From: Callorhinchus milii
Taxonomy: Eukaryota
Length of the DNA: 64,000 bases
Assembly (NCBI RefSeq): GCF_018977255.1
Contig: NW_024704742.1
Span: 80,230,001-80,294,000, forward strand
Reading direction: 5' to 3'
The notes beneath the pieces are model-generated. The model worked only from the letters and a program-made list of their open reading frames with translations. It did no database searches and had not been told where the DNA came from. Position 1 is the first letter of the stretch, and the number at the start of each line of letters is the position of its first letter. This document shows, piece after piece, positions 39,279-52,300 of this stretch. Both the position numbers and the translations under genes were made by a program.

Positions 39279-41295
39279 CCTGGCATGGCATAGGGAGTGG
39301 TCCAGCATGTCTGTTTATATCTAAATATGTATTTATTTCTAAATGCCTCCTTACTAAAGTGTAAACCATGGTTTTCTAGGCACTATAAATCAGACAATGT
39401 GTATAAATAAATCAACCTGAGTAAAAAGTACAAAGCTAAAACTAAGAGAGAAATCTGGGAGCTACAGCTTAGTGTTCAAAAATATGTAATTTTAATATTA
39501 ACAGTGGAAGGTAGCACTATATTCGTCAATGTCATAAAACGATTGGCAACTGTTGAGCTGAAAATCTGCATGTTGCTGATTATCACTCCTGTTTCGTGTT
39601 CTAGACCAAAATATCGTTACCTCCATCCAACAACTGGTAAATTGTATTTTGTCATGTGTTATGAGATCCCAGATAACTCCTATATATACCTATTCTTGTT
39701 GGATAACATAATAATCATGTGTCGGGCTGTTTTTTTTCAATACGCAAAGTGCAAGAGTGCATAAAAGTGCATAAAGGTCATTTCTGTAACATGTGCGCTC
39801 AAGATAAAGAATTTGCTCTTTTTACATTCATGAAAGATGAAAGTTACCTGAAATATTGCTGCTTCAAATTAAGACGAGAAAGTGGGATGACGGGAAATAA
39901 TTTAAAAAGATTTGGAAAACAGTAAAAAGGAAATGTGGATCAGATGTCAACATATTTTAATATACCTAGAGTGATGAATTCTTGGCATAATCTGCTGAGC
40001 AAGGCAACAGAGGCATTAACTTCAGGGTAACTCAATTAGGTGGCGTGATGGGAGAGTCAATGTAGCAGAGAGATAAGGTTCGGTGGTCTGTATCACTTAT
40101 TTTCATGCATGAATTTTCATGTTCTTATGATAATAATGACATTTCCAGACTGTGTGGTGAGGTAGGTAATAATCTTACTGAAGGCCAATGTACTATCAAA
40201 CTCTCCCACTCTATCTCTGTTCTTTTTCTTCCCTCCACCCACACAAACACATACACACACCATCTCAAAATTCTGATAATTAGTTAAACAGAAATACAGA
40301 CACAGAAATACAGTTGTGCAGAACTGTGCTTCCCCCAGTGTGGTTTAATTGTTGAGATGGTGGAGAAAATAGAAATAGCAGAGAGAGAGAGTAGTCTTCT
40401 GAGTTGTGTCTGACTGACTCTGCAGGTCCCTGGATGTGTCTGGCTGAGCCTCTGTGGGTCCCCAACTATGTCTGTCTGGTGCTGATCAGCCAGGCACCAG
40501 GAGTTTTGTTTGGCTGCAATTCAATATCATGGAAATGTAAGCTGAGATCAGCGCCAGTGTAGAGTTTTCGAGGGTAAGCTTGAGGCACATGGTGGATTCT
40601 GCAGGATTTACAATTTATATTCCTTTTGCTAATCTTGCAAATTAAACCCCACTGTGACTTAATTTTAAAACCGGCATGAGGAGAGACCCTTTTACATTAA
40701 TTCATTTTATGATCTCATTTCTGATCTGAAACAACTGCAATAATAAGAAACTAGGCTGTGCGGTGTGTACACGAAACCATCCATAATTTAGAATAGATCA
40801 GAGGTCAACTGAATGACGAACATAGCAAATTCTTTGAGATCTGAACCTGGAAAATATGGGGAAATATGACAGCATAGACATTGCCCAATATATCGGTCAC
40901 TATCAACACAAGTGCTTTTTGTGTTATTTACCAAGTTGCAAATGACATACATAACACAATTATAATAACATTACTGGCCGAGCAAATCCCAAATCCTACC
41001 CAGTCACTATAACACCCAATTAGACACAAACACAATTAGCATAGTGATAGTCTAAATATCATTATGCACATTATCATTGTAAGACTATGTTAAGATATGC
41101 CAACAGCAAGCATTAATAACCAGATTGGCTACGAGCAGTCAATTAAAATGCCGGAACTTCAATCGCAATCTGTTTCTTGTCTGAAAGTCGGGTTCTGTGA
41201 ATCTGAATCTGTACTACAAGTCCAAGCAGAGAAACAGCTGTTAGACGTTTACCAGAGACCCAGATGCATACTTGATGGCAAGTCCAATTTGTAAT

Positions 41296-41579
41296 ATAAT
41301 AATAATAATCCTTGCATTTGATATAGCGCTTTTCACGTCTTCTAAACGTCTCAAAGTGCTTCACAGACTATACTGTAAAGTGAATTGACTGTATATTTGT
41401 GGGTGAAATGCGGCAGCCAAATTACGCACAACAATTTAATAGTGTTTTTTTTTCTTGAGGGATTATTAATAGGTGTGTGGAGTAAGGAAACTTGCCCAAG
41501 GTTTCGCCCTGCCGGGAATCAAACCCAGGTCTCTCGCTTGATAGGTGAGTGCTCTAACCACTGAGCTACAGGACTCCAC
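41296..41579 (-). mobile_element. tRNA-derived SINE, family 1
   Basis: Head and tail intact, internal deletion. Confidence 0.9.
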
Positions 41580-43197
41580 AATATTTCTTACCACAGCATT
41601 TATTTTCCTCACAGAGATGAAGTTGGCTGTTGAGTGGTTTCATCAGTGTTTAGTGACAGGTTCTGAATGTTCATCATTTATTTCTCTTTTATATTGTGCT
41701 TACGATAGCACAAAAGGTGGTTGTTTGAATCTTGAGCCTCTGTATTTTCTTGGGAACTTGTGGAAAAATAACATTCATGTGCGTGTGAAAGTCTGACGTC
41801 AATAGGTAACAACAACTTATAACAATAATAATAATCTTTGCATTTAGTATGGCACTTTATCATGTCATTGAGAGATCTCAAAGCGCTTCACAGAATATAC
41901 TGTAAAGTGAATTGACTGTGTATTTTGTGAGCGAATCTTATACAGTGCAATTCACATTGGCTAACGTCTTGCAGTGCTTTACAAGGATAGATACATAGCA
42001 ACAGGAGTAAGCCATTCGGCCCCTCAAGGTTGTTCCGTCATTCTATAAGATCATGGCTGATCTGTACCTTTCATAGTCCAATTACCCGCCCTTGATCCCT
42101 TAATACCCTGACCTAACAAATAGTTACCTCTCAGTCTTGAAGATGTAAATGGATCAAGATGGGATTGGAAACTGCATAAAGGATAGAGGGGAGGGGAGGT
42201 GCGAATACGCTTGATGCAGGACTTAATCAGAGAGGGGGAGCATGATGGAGTAGTAGAAAGAGGGAGTTCCAGAAATTACGTGCTGAAGTATTAGAAATGT
42301 ATATTTGCTATATACTCTCCCCAAATAATGGTAGTGGATGATTTACTGCAAAGTGTAGTGACTGTGTATTTCGTAGGCAAACAATATATCATTTGTATGT
42401 TGTATGCTTTTAATATAAAACAATATCGGTTGTTCTAGCTATTTGGATGGTAACCCCATTAACTGCTGCTGTCACCATATTGGTAGAGATAACTATTTTT
42501 TGCAGTAACGGAAAAATGGTGATGTGACCATCACATTTACTCTCAATATGACTGAAATCCAAGGGAAACATTGAAGCTTTTACGGCTTCACTGTTCCAAT
42601 AAGAAAAGAAATGTGGCTATTGTTACAGCTCTTTTTTTTGTCAGTGTTTAAGAGCTGGTTGAACTGCACAGTAATGTTGGTCTGTGTGGTTGGTGTAATA
42701 CCCCAATCAATCTCTAATCTGCATTATGCATAATGCATAAACATTTGCAGTTAATATTCTGTCAAAGTGTGAGTTCTGAAAGAATTAGAATCCTTTGTGA
42801 GAAATAAAACGGCTTGAGAGAAATACAATAGAAGCAGTATATAGTATAAACAATTCAATAAGAAAATTCCCCCAAGTTGATGCATATTTTCATGAGTTCC
42901 AATTTGTACTTTGTGTTGTAAAGTAACTGCAGAACCAGTCATTTTTAAAGTCTGCTTTCAATAATTGTATTTGTGTATGCCCAGCATATTGTGTATAATG
43001 GAAATCCACAGAATGTGTTTTCCTCAGAGCAAGCCTTCAGTCCAAACACTTTATTCTCAAATATTCTCAACTGTTAATAACTGAATATGTCAAAACATTC
43101 TTCATGTGTCATAGATCTCTGCAGTAACCTTAGGGAGCTTCTGATAGTTTGTTACCACGTATTAAGGCACTTAAGGTGCGCAGATAATACTGTGAAA

Positions 43198-44010
43198 GTG
43201 TGCCAGCCTGGTTCAGTTGGTTGGATCAATTGTCTCTGATCAGCAGATTGTGGGTTCCATGTCAGGACTTTTAACTCATGAAATTTAGGCTGACATTCCA
43301 GTGCACTGCTGGGGAGTGCTATATTACAATAGAATACATTAGAATATACAGCACAGAAACAGGCAATTCGCCCCAACTGGTCTATGCCGGTGTTTATGCT
43401 GCACATTCGCCTCCTCCTGCCCTTCCTCAACTAAGCCTTCAAGCATAACCTTCTATTCCTTTCCCTCATGTACCTATCTAGCTTCCCCTTAAATACATCT
43501 ATGCTATTTGCCTCAACAACTCCTTGTGTTAGCATGTTCCACATTCCCACTACGCTCTGTGTGAAGAAATTTCTTCTAACTTCCCTATTTGATCTATTTG
43601 TGACTATTTTATATTAATGGCCCTGGTTTTGGTTTCCCCCACAAGTGCAAAAATCTTCCCTATGTCTACCCTATTAAAACCTTTCATAAATTTAAAGATC
43701 TCTATCAGGTCACCCATTACCCTCCTCTTTTCAAGAGAAAGTAATCCAAGTATGTTCAGCCTTTCCTGATAGGTATACCCCCTCAGTTCTGGGATCATCT
43801 GGGATATTGTTGTAGATGCCGTCCTTCACTTGAATTACTAAACTGAAGTCCTGTCTGTGTCTTTTCAGATCATTGTTAAAAATTCCATGACACTATTCAA
43901 AAAGAGAAGCGAGTTTCTCCCAGTGTCCTAGCAAAGATACCCCCAAAATATTGGTCATTCACTATATGTGGGATATTGCTGTGAGCAAATTAAATGCCAT
44001 ATTCACACAC
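43198..44010 (+). mobile_element. Family 2 SINE split by an antisense CR1 3' fragment (about 43330-43800)
   Basis: SINE head at 43198-43330 resumes at about 43800. The insert reads MIPELRGYTYQERL..LEKRR on the minus strand. Confidence 0.75.
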
Positions 44011-44779
44011 AAAATACCTATTGCATTTTCTAGCATGTCATCCCACTAACGGACAGTCAAATAGCAACAGTCAGCTTTGAACCCTGCCATTGTGATAGAC
44101 TGGGGAGGGAGCAGTCCCATTCACAGCTTTATCAACAAGCCTGGTTGACTGTATTTATCAACACGGTGATAATTTTCACTTTACTCATCATAATTTTCAC
44201 CATCATAAGTTTCACCCAAATTGCTCTTCATTTGCAATTCCTTTCACTCTTGCTTACATTCTGAATGGTGAGTTAAGATGTTAGGCTTCATTACATGATA
44301 AAGGGACTATTATACACTTATCATTACTAAGGAAACTTAGGACAAGCAATCTTTCACTTCATGTTTAGAACAGATTTCTTATTATGGACCACACATAAAG
44401 TAGATTATCAATTAGTGTAGAGGGAACCACTAAACATGCACACTCGGCCTGTTTCGAAGGACTCTGTGTTGATAATGATGACTTAGGAACCTGAATCTAC
44501 AGTGAAATTTGAAATCAACCTACTTGTTAAAGATGAAAGGCATTATTATACAAGGTAATATGACATGTTTCACAAGCATTTGGTAACATCTGGATGGCTG
44601 GAGAGAGAATGCAATGGAGATTAGAGAAATGACAATAAAAATAGTAATCCTTGCATTTGATATCAACGACAACAATAACTTGCAATTATATGGCAGCCCT
44701 CATGCAGGGTGGTGTTCCCGGGCATGTGACAGTGGTGAAGTATTATGCCAAGCTGATAATATATATGATATAGTGATCC

Positions 44780-45165
44780 TGCTTGCTCAGGAGGAAATCC
44801 TAAAGTGCTTTACAGGACTTCCTGTGAAGTAGAGTGACTGTGTATTTCTGTACTAATGCTGCAGCCCAATTGAGCACAGAAAAGACCCACAAAACAGCTT
44901 GGAAACAAATTACTAATTTTATTTTGGAGGTTTGTGCCAGGTGAATCTCACTTCTCTTTTTGAATAGTGCCACAGGATCTTTAAAGTCCAAATGAACAGG
45001 CAGATAGGACCTTGGTTTAACACTTTATTCAAAGGTTGGCATCTTTGACAAAGCATTCCCACCACTAGCATTGGAATGTCAGCTTAGACAATGTGAGTTC
45101 AAGTTTAGCGGTGGAGCTTGTTAACCATTTGACTCAGAGGCGAGAGTGTTACCAACTGAGCCAGT
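44780..45165 (-). mobile_element. Older Deu-domain SINE, family 2
   Basis: Head CTGGCTCAGTTGGTAACACTCTCGCCTCTGAGTC on the minus strand, plus core. Confidence 0.75.
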
Positions 45166-45894
45166 TTGAAAGACAGAAAAAGGGAGTGTGCAAAGCTCAA
45201 CAATAAATGGATGAAGAAATGCCTACCTGAGCCATTCTATCAAAATGGTAACACTTTCAAAGTTGGTTTCCCCTTCGATGGAGCTTTTACCAAAGACAAT
45301 TGTTGTGATAGTAGAAAGCAGTTCTCCATAACAATATTAAAAACAAATATCTTTCATTTTAAATTGAACCTGTCACATCAAACTTTTCAAAACACTTTTC
45401 ACAGGCAATTGCAGTCAAGTTTAGTAACTTAATTTGTATGTGCAAGCAAAAGCAAGGACCCTCATGCAGTCATGAACAAGAACCCCCATAAAGTCATTGA
45501 TTTATCTGGCAGATTGGTGGCCAATAAGAGCCTCCTTTCTCTTTCTGTAGTGTCATGGGATTTTTAACATCCACCAAAGCAAGCATACAAGCCTTGTTTT
45601 TTTTAATCAGGGGAGCACATCTAATAATGCAACACTCACTCAGCATTGCACTGGACTGGCACCTTAGATTGTTAGATCAAGTCCCAGTATAAGACTTGAA
45701 CCCACAGATCACAAGGTCACACAATAGAAAGATCACAAAATGGAAATAAGGGAGTGAGGATATTCTGTAAGGATTAGATCATATGGTCTATAGTGCCTTC
45801 TTTATCTGAGCTAGTCTTTAGTTAATAAATTAGCTAACAGAAATCTGTGTGAGCAGCAATAGAGTTCTAATTGAATTTTTATGAACTACTCATC

Positions 45895-46410
45895 ATAAGA
45901 TCGTAAGATTGGTCTGGAGGAAGAAGACTCATCGGCCTATCTTATCCCAGTCCTCCAGAACACACACCCTACCATCACCAGTTACAGCATCAAGCTGCTT
46001 ATTAAAAGGTCCTATGTCCTGGTCTTAGCCATGCTTCCTGGCAACCTATTCCAGTCATTAATTACCATCTGGGTAAAGAAAAACATCCCAAAAATTGTCC
46101 TTCACAACTCTAAACCTGTGTTCTCTTGTTCTACTCTATTGTTGCATCCTAAATTATTGTTCTTTTTTTTATTACTATTTATAATTGCATACACTCCTAT
46201 GATTGTATAAACTCCCCTATCAGTTCTCTTTCTCAAGATTGAAGAACGCCAGCTTGATTAATTATTGTTCATAGGTGACTCTTTTAACCCTGGGATCATC
46301 CTCTCTACTCTCCTCTCCACTGCATCCATCTAATGGTGTGGGCAACCCGCTGATGCCTTGGTGACCAGAACTGTACGTAGTCCTTTAGGTGTGGTCTGAT
46401 CAAAGCACTA
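45895..46410 (-). mobile_element. Degenerate CR1-type 3' fragment
   Basis: ALIRPHLKDYVQFWSP motif on the minus strand. Confidence 0.7.
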
Positions 46411-47069
46411 TCTTCAAAAATATTAAAAAAATAATAATAATAAATTGTTCTCTCAATCCACGACTGTTTGTTGGACACTGTTGTGCGCAATTGGCTGCTG
46501 CATTTCACCCACAAATATACAGCCAATTAAATTTACAGTATATTCTGTGAAGTGCTTTGAAACGTCTAGATGTGATAATGCACTATATCAAATGCAAGGA
46601 TTATTATTACTATTATATAGCCTGAGTATGATGTCTATGGATCCAAACTCAACTGATTTAACAATATAGCTCAGCATGCTGTTTGTCTTCTTACATTTCT
46701 TCCCAGGATTTGAGAGGCTCCATGACACCCAAAGGTGACTCTGTACCCTTCAGATATGCCGACTACTATCACTAGAGGAAGTTACTGCCACTATCTGAGG
46801 AGGGTCTGCATTCCCACTCCGTAGGCAACAGCCACCAGCACAGCTGCAACTAGGGTGAGCTGCCAATCAACTGTGACTGGGCAGCAATAGGTTCATGTTT
46901 CCCACTTCAACCTTCTTTGATGATTGGGAATGTTTTTGGGAACCAGTTCTATTTAAAACAACTGTGAAGTAGACAGTAAATTAAATGCAGAATTTATCTC
47001 ACTTGCTTGATGCCTTCCTTATTATCTAGCATTGGCTCATCTCAAGTGGACCCATGAAATATAATAAAC

Positions 47070-47465
47070 ACTTGAATTTCATATTACACCTTATTACATA
47101 GTCGAGAAATTTTAATTGCATCACAGGATACACTGTGAAGTGGATTGTCTGTGCTTTTTGTGGTTGAAATACATTAGCCAGTTTGCAAACAGCAATGTCC
47201 CACAAATAGCCGCGGAGTGAGCGACCAATTTTATTTGGGGGATTTTTGGGCCAGGACACTGTGAGAGACACTCTTTCTTTTCAAATAGTGCCATGGGATC
47301 TTTAACGTCCACCTGAACAGGTAGATGGGACCTCGGTTTAATGGCTAATCCAAATGACAGCACCTCTGATCCAACTTAAACACTGTGATTCCAAGAGCTG
47401 ACGTGGGGCTTCAAACCCCAACTTTCTAACTCAGAGTCGAGTGTTAGCCTGGTTACCAATGAGTT
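47070..47465 (-). mobile_element. Older Deu-domain SINE, family 2
   Basis: Core TTAAACCGAGGTCCCATCTACCTGTTCAGGTGGACGTTAAAGATCCCATGGCACTATTTG on the minus strand. Confidence 0.8.
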
Positions 47466-48087
47466 AGAATTATAATGACAGCAGTCTCATTCCAGCAACA
47501 CCCTATTCCCAAAGATCTGAATGAATATGTCATTACCATCTTGAAATGTTCTTTGTTAAAAACCCTTTATCCTGTTTCTAAGTCACTGCTGAAGGGTTAC
47601 AATGAATATTCTATTGAATTTTTTAACATTTAAAATATTAAAATATTAAAGGCTAAACGCTAAAATATTAATACCAGCACTGAGGTTTTATTCAACTGTA
47701 TAAATGTATAATTGCAAGGATGAAAAATGTGCAAATATTTCATCTTTTGACCAATTATTGGACAACCACAGTAACTTTGTCTATAACTACTGTTTTGATA
47801 GGAATTAATGAACAACGTGTAAGATGAAGTCTTTTATTCCTCAATTTGCACTAAACTGCCTTTATTTTATATTTTTGCAATAAATATATTCCCACAATAA
47901 AGATCAGTCTTATGGCAGATTTAAGGCTTGCCATTTTCACAAAGGAGTAAGAAGACTGAAAACTGTTCAGATACATTTAACTATCTGTGTTGGATATCTG
48001 CAGGTGACTCTGCTTATTAATATTGGTATCTATGACTTAATGCCAAAGGGGCAGACAGAGTAACTGGTGAAATTTAGTTGATTTTCT

Positions 48088-48455
48088 GATAATAACAACA
48101 ATAATAATAATAATAATCCTTGCATTTGATATAGCACCTTATCACACCTTTGAGATATCACAAAGCACTTCACTGAATATACTGTAAAGCGAATTGACTG
48201 TATATTTTTGAGGCAAAACAAAGCAGCTAATTGTGTGCAGCAGTGTCCCACAAAGTCGTGGATTAAAGTGATCAATTTCTTTTAAGGAATTATTGCCCCC
48301 GGAAAAGCGATCCGCCAATCGACCAACAACCGGGTTCCCACTTAATGGTAGGTAAATAGATGTGTGTGCAGCAAGGAAACTTGCCCAACGTCTTTCCCTT
48401 TCCAGGTCTCTCAATTGCAAGGCGAAAGCTCTAACCACTGAGCCTCAGCACTCCA
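48088..48455 (-). mobile_element. SINE family 1, long variant
   Basis: Head, tail and the extra internal GGAACCCGGTTGTTGGTCGA segment. Confidence 0.85.
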
Positions 48456-48534
48456 CTCAACTGATGCATCTTATGGGGTCTTTTATGCTTACATCTGATC
48501 CGTCCCTGGCATTTGAGCACAAAAAAGATAACCA

Positions 48535-49062
48535 AACACAAAATACTGCAGATGCTGAAAATCTGAAAACAAAAACAGAACACTCAGCAGATCAGGCTAT
48601 GGAGAAAGGAAAGTGAGTCAACATTTCGGGTCCACAACCCTTCATCAGAAATGGGGCATGTTGGGACGGAGAAGCTGTTAAGGGCTAACAGAGAGGGGGG
48701 AGGCAGGACAAGGAAGACAAAGGAGAAAATAGGGTAGAGGACAGGGGATGATGGGTTAAAGCGGTGTTAAGGATGCAAAACAAAGGGGGGGATTGCAACA
48801 AAACAGGGGAATAGAGGTGGTAATACCTCGGGGAAAAAAGAGTGGGAGGAAAAGAACTTGCAACAAAACAGGCAGATCAGGGAGAGAAAAGGTGTGTCTG
48901 GGACCCAAATGATGTGATAATGGTCACAGAAGAGCAGGATGGGGAAGGTGAGCTGCTATGGTCTGAAATTGTTGAAATCAATATTGAGGCCAGAGGGCTG
49001 TAAAGTCCCTAACAGATAAATTAGGTGCTGTTCCTTGAGCTTGCGCTGTGGTTCATTGGAGT
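48535..49062 (-). mobile_element. Penelope-like element, GIY-YIG C-terminus and 3' region
   Basis: Minus strand of 48960-49060 reads SNEPQRKLKEQHLIYLLGTLQPSGLNIDFNNFR. Confidence 0.8.
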
Positions 49063-49142
49063 GAGGTCCTGTAGCTTGGGACGTCCTCCTGACGTGAAAG
49101 GCGCTTTATAAATGGAATCTCGTTGTTGTTGTTGTAGCTCGT

Positions 49143-49354
49143 AATCCCTCCAAAACCAAAAACAATAATAAATTGGTCATTTTCAATCTACGACTGTTTG
49201 TGGGACATTGCTGTGCGCAATTGGCTGCCGCGTTCACCCACAAATATACAGTCAATTCACTCTACAGTGTGTTCTGTGAAGTGCATTGGGATGTCCTCCC
49301 GATGTGAAAAGCGCTATATCAAATGCAAGGATTATTATTATTATTATTATTATT
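49143..49354 (+). mobile_element. SINE family 1, 3' two-thirds
   Basis: Near-identical to 36630-36844; its (ATT)n tail abuts an antisense L2 tail. Confidence 0.9.
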
Positions 49355-52300
49355 ACATTTATAGAGCGCCATTCACATCGGGAGGACGTCCCAAAGCGCT
49401 GAACAGTCAGATGTCAGGGTCCGAGCATGGGGGAGGGGTTGTGTAGGGGTGAGGGAAGGCAGAGAGGTGGGAGGGTGACCAAAGGCACGATTGAAGAGAA
49501 GGGTCTTGAGCCAGGACTTCAAGGAGGCAAGGGAGGAAGCGAGGCGAAGGGACCGTGGGATGGAGTTCCAGAGTGTGGGGGCAGAGAGGCTGAAAGCCTG
49601 GCCACCGATGGTAGGACGGGTCGGAGGGAGACATGGAGCAGGCCGGAGCCCGCTGAATGGAGGGAGTGGGCAGGTTGGTAGGGAATCAGCAGGTTAGAGA
49701 GGTAGGAGTGGGCAAGACCATGGATGGCCTTAAGGGTGAGGACGAGGATCTTGAACTCGATCCTCTGGGGGATGGGGAGCCAGTAGAGTCGGGCGAGGGG
49801 TGGGAGTGATGGGATCATGGAGGCTGGTGCATGAAAGTACACGAGCTGCAGAGTTTTGAATGGTCTGCAGCTTGTGAGGGGAAGACTTGGGAAGGCCAAT
49901 GAGGAGGGAATTCCCTTGATGTGACGAATGTATGGGTGAAGGTTTCGGCAGCCTGAGGGGTGAGGGAGTGGCGGAGTCTGGCAATGTTGTGGAGGTGGCG
50001 CGGATGTGGGGGAGAAAGGACAGTTGAGGGTCAAACAAGGCACCCAGGTCCCTGACTGGTTTAGTGAGGTTGAATGTGCAGTCGTGGAGGCTGATGCTGC
50101 CAGCGCCCGGGGTGCGGAAGCACTGGTGTGAGCCAATCAGGAGGGCCTCGGTCTTGCTGACATTGAGTTGGAGAAAGTTGTCCCTCGTCCAGGACTTGAT
50201 GTCAGACTGGAAGTCGGTCAGGACGCCAGTAGTCCTGGAGTTCAAGGTGGAGGCAGAGAGGTAGAGTTGGGTGTCATCTGCATACATGTGGAAATTTACC
50301 CCATGTTTGCAGATGATGGCACCAAGGAGGACCATGTGGGGGGTGAAGAGGAGGGGACCAAGGACAGAGCCCTGAGGAACACCGCACAAGATGGTGCGGG
50401 CTGAAGGAGAAGCTGTTTGCCGCGATGAAGTGGAGGCGGTGTGAAAGGCAGGACCTGAACCAGTCAACGACAGAAGCTTGAAGATTGAGGCGGGAGGAAA
50501 GGAGGAAGATTGAGTGGTCCACGGCGTCAAAGACGGTGGAGAGGTCGAGGAGGACGAGGAGGCAGAGGGAGCCCTGGTCATAGATGGTCAGGATGTTGTT
50601 TGTGACCTTGACCAGAGCAGTTTCCGTGCTGTGGGCAGCATGGAAACCTGATTGGAGGGGATCATGGAGGGAGTGAGAGAAGAGGGAAGAGCGAAGCTGG
50701 GAGGCAACGGTTCTCTCAAGGAACTTGGATAGGAAAGGGAGATTTGAGATGGATCGGTAGTAGATAGCCGTGATGGGTCAAGGGAAGGTTTCTTCAAGGT
50801 GAGGGTGATAATTGTTAGAATATACACTTTTTGTATACTGCTAGAATCATAATAGATGTTGTGAATGGGTTAACTTTTAAGTTAAGTGTGGGGGGCAACT
50901 GGACTGACTGTCATGGGATAGGACTCATCTGGTTTTCTCTGTTTTTGAAAGAATAACGGACAGGGGCAGGGGGTCACCTCTTATCAGTAAATGACAACAC
51001 GCCCACAGAGGTAACGGTCCAATATACCGGTCGACACAGGATCTCGACTGAGCAATAAGTCGCTAGATTCTGACAGGGCCAACCGACAGAAGGCAACCCT
51101 CAAGAATAGCAACTAATGAGCAGGTTGCTTGAACTAGAGGGCCTTGGTACCATCCCGGGATACTGATAAGAAATAACCAATAAAAGGAATGTACTAATGA
51201 TCCCACACCACAAAATAATGAGCATCAGATACAACCCTAAACTGATCAATCCTCTATCTTAGACAATTAGATCAGATAACAGGGGTCTTAAGGACAATGT
51301 GTATGTGTGTGAGGCACATACACCCCATGAGGTGTTCACGTGAACCCGGCATGATTTCGACAGGTGATCTAATGTCCGCACCATGATTGGATGAACATTG
51401 GTATAAGAGTTCCGATAACTTTGTGTACGGGGCCGTCCCGGGTCGTGGAGACAAGGATACGGGAGATGGGGCCATCCCGGGCTGTGGAGACAAGGATACG
51501 GGAGATGGGGCCATCCCGGGCTGTGGAGATAAGGGTACGGAGATGGAAGACTGAGAGCTGGAAACACTAAGACTGAGGATATCAGATGGAAGATTGAAAG
51601 CTGTAAGCAAGAAGACTGAAAGCATGAAGAATCAAGCTTGTGTGCTGGAAAGACACAGTGTTGAACTCTTGAACTCGAGATATCTATAGTGGTGTTATTC
51701 TGTTATAAGATCTATTGGTTGTACCGGCCTTTGGTCTGACCCATCGGGGTATTGGAGAATAACGAACGAATAATAATAAAATAGTCTGATATCTGGTTAG
51801 AGGAATTAGCGTTATTTCCTTACAGATTTGGCTGATTTTATTTTCTAACATAATGGCTGTTTTCAGGGAGGAAAGGACAGTGCCAGATGACAGGGAGAGG
51901 TTAATGATTTTGGCTAGTATTGGGGCAAGGAGGTGGAGCTGGGATTTAAGGAGAGGAGTTGGGATGGGGTCAAGGGAGCAGGTGGTGGGCTTCATGGAGT
52001 TATGGTGGTGAAGACAGAGGAGGAGTTGACAGGTTCAAAGGTGTGGAAGGAGGGGTGGATAATTGTCAGATGCATAATTGTGTAGGTTGGGGGTAGGGAG
52101 GCGGTGGAAGTTGGAGGGGCAGTGGCAGCTATGCGGATTCCCTCAATTTTGGACTTGAGGAAGTCCAGCATTTTCTCTCAGTGAGAGTTGGAGGAAAGAA
52201 TCTACAAGGCATGACGAGGAGGGTGGAGGAGCCAGTTGGTGGTGGAGAACAGGAGCCTGGGGTTGCCCTTTGCCTCCAGGATTAACCTGGAATAGAAGGA

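Noticed and set aside
51429..51544. CRISPR-like repeats
   Set aside because: Head-to-tail units with no unique spacers, inside a eukaryotic LTR.
50813..51850. DNA transposon or MITE interpretation of the 8-bp inverted termini
   Set aside because: TG..CA ends, a 4-bp TSD, TATA and polyA signals and a PBS-like site beside the sister copy fit an LTR better.
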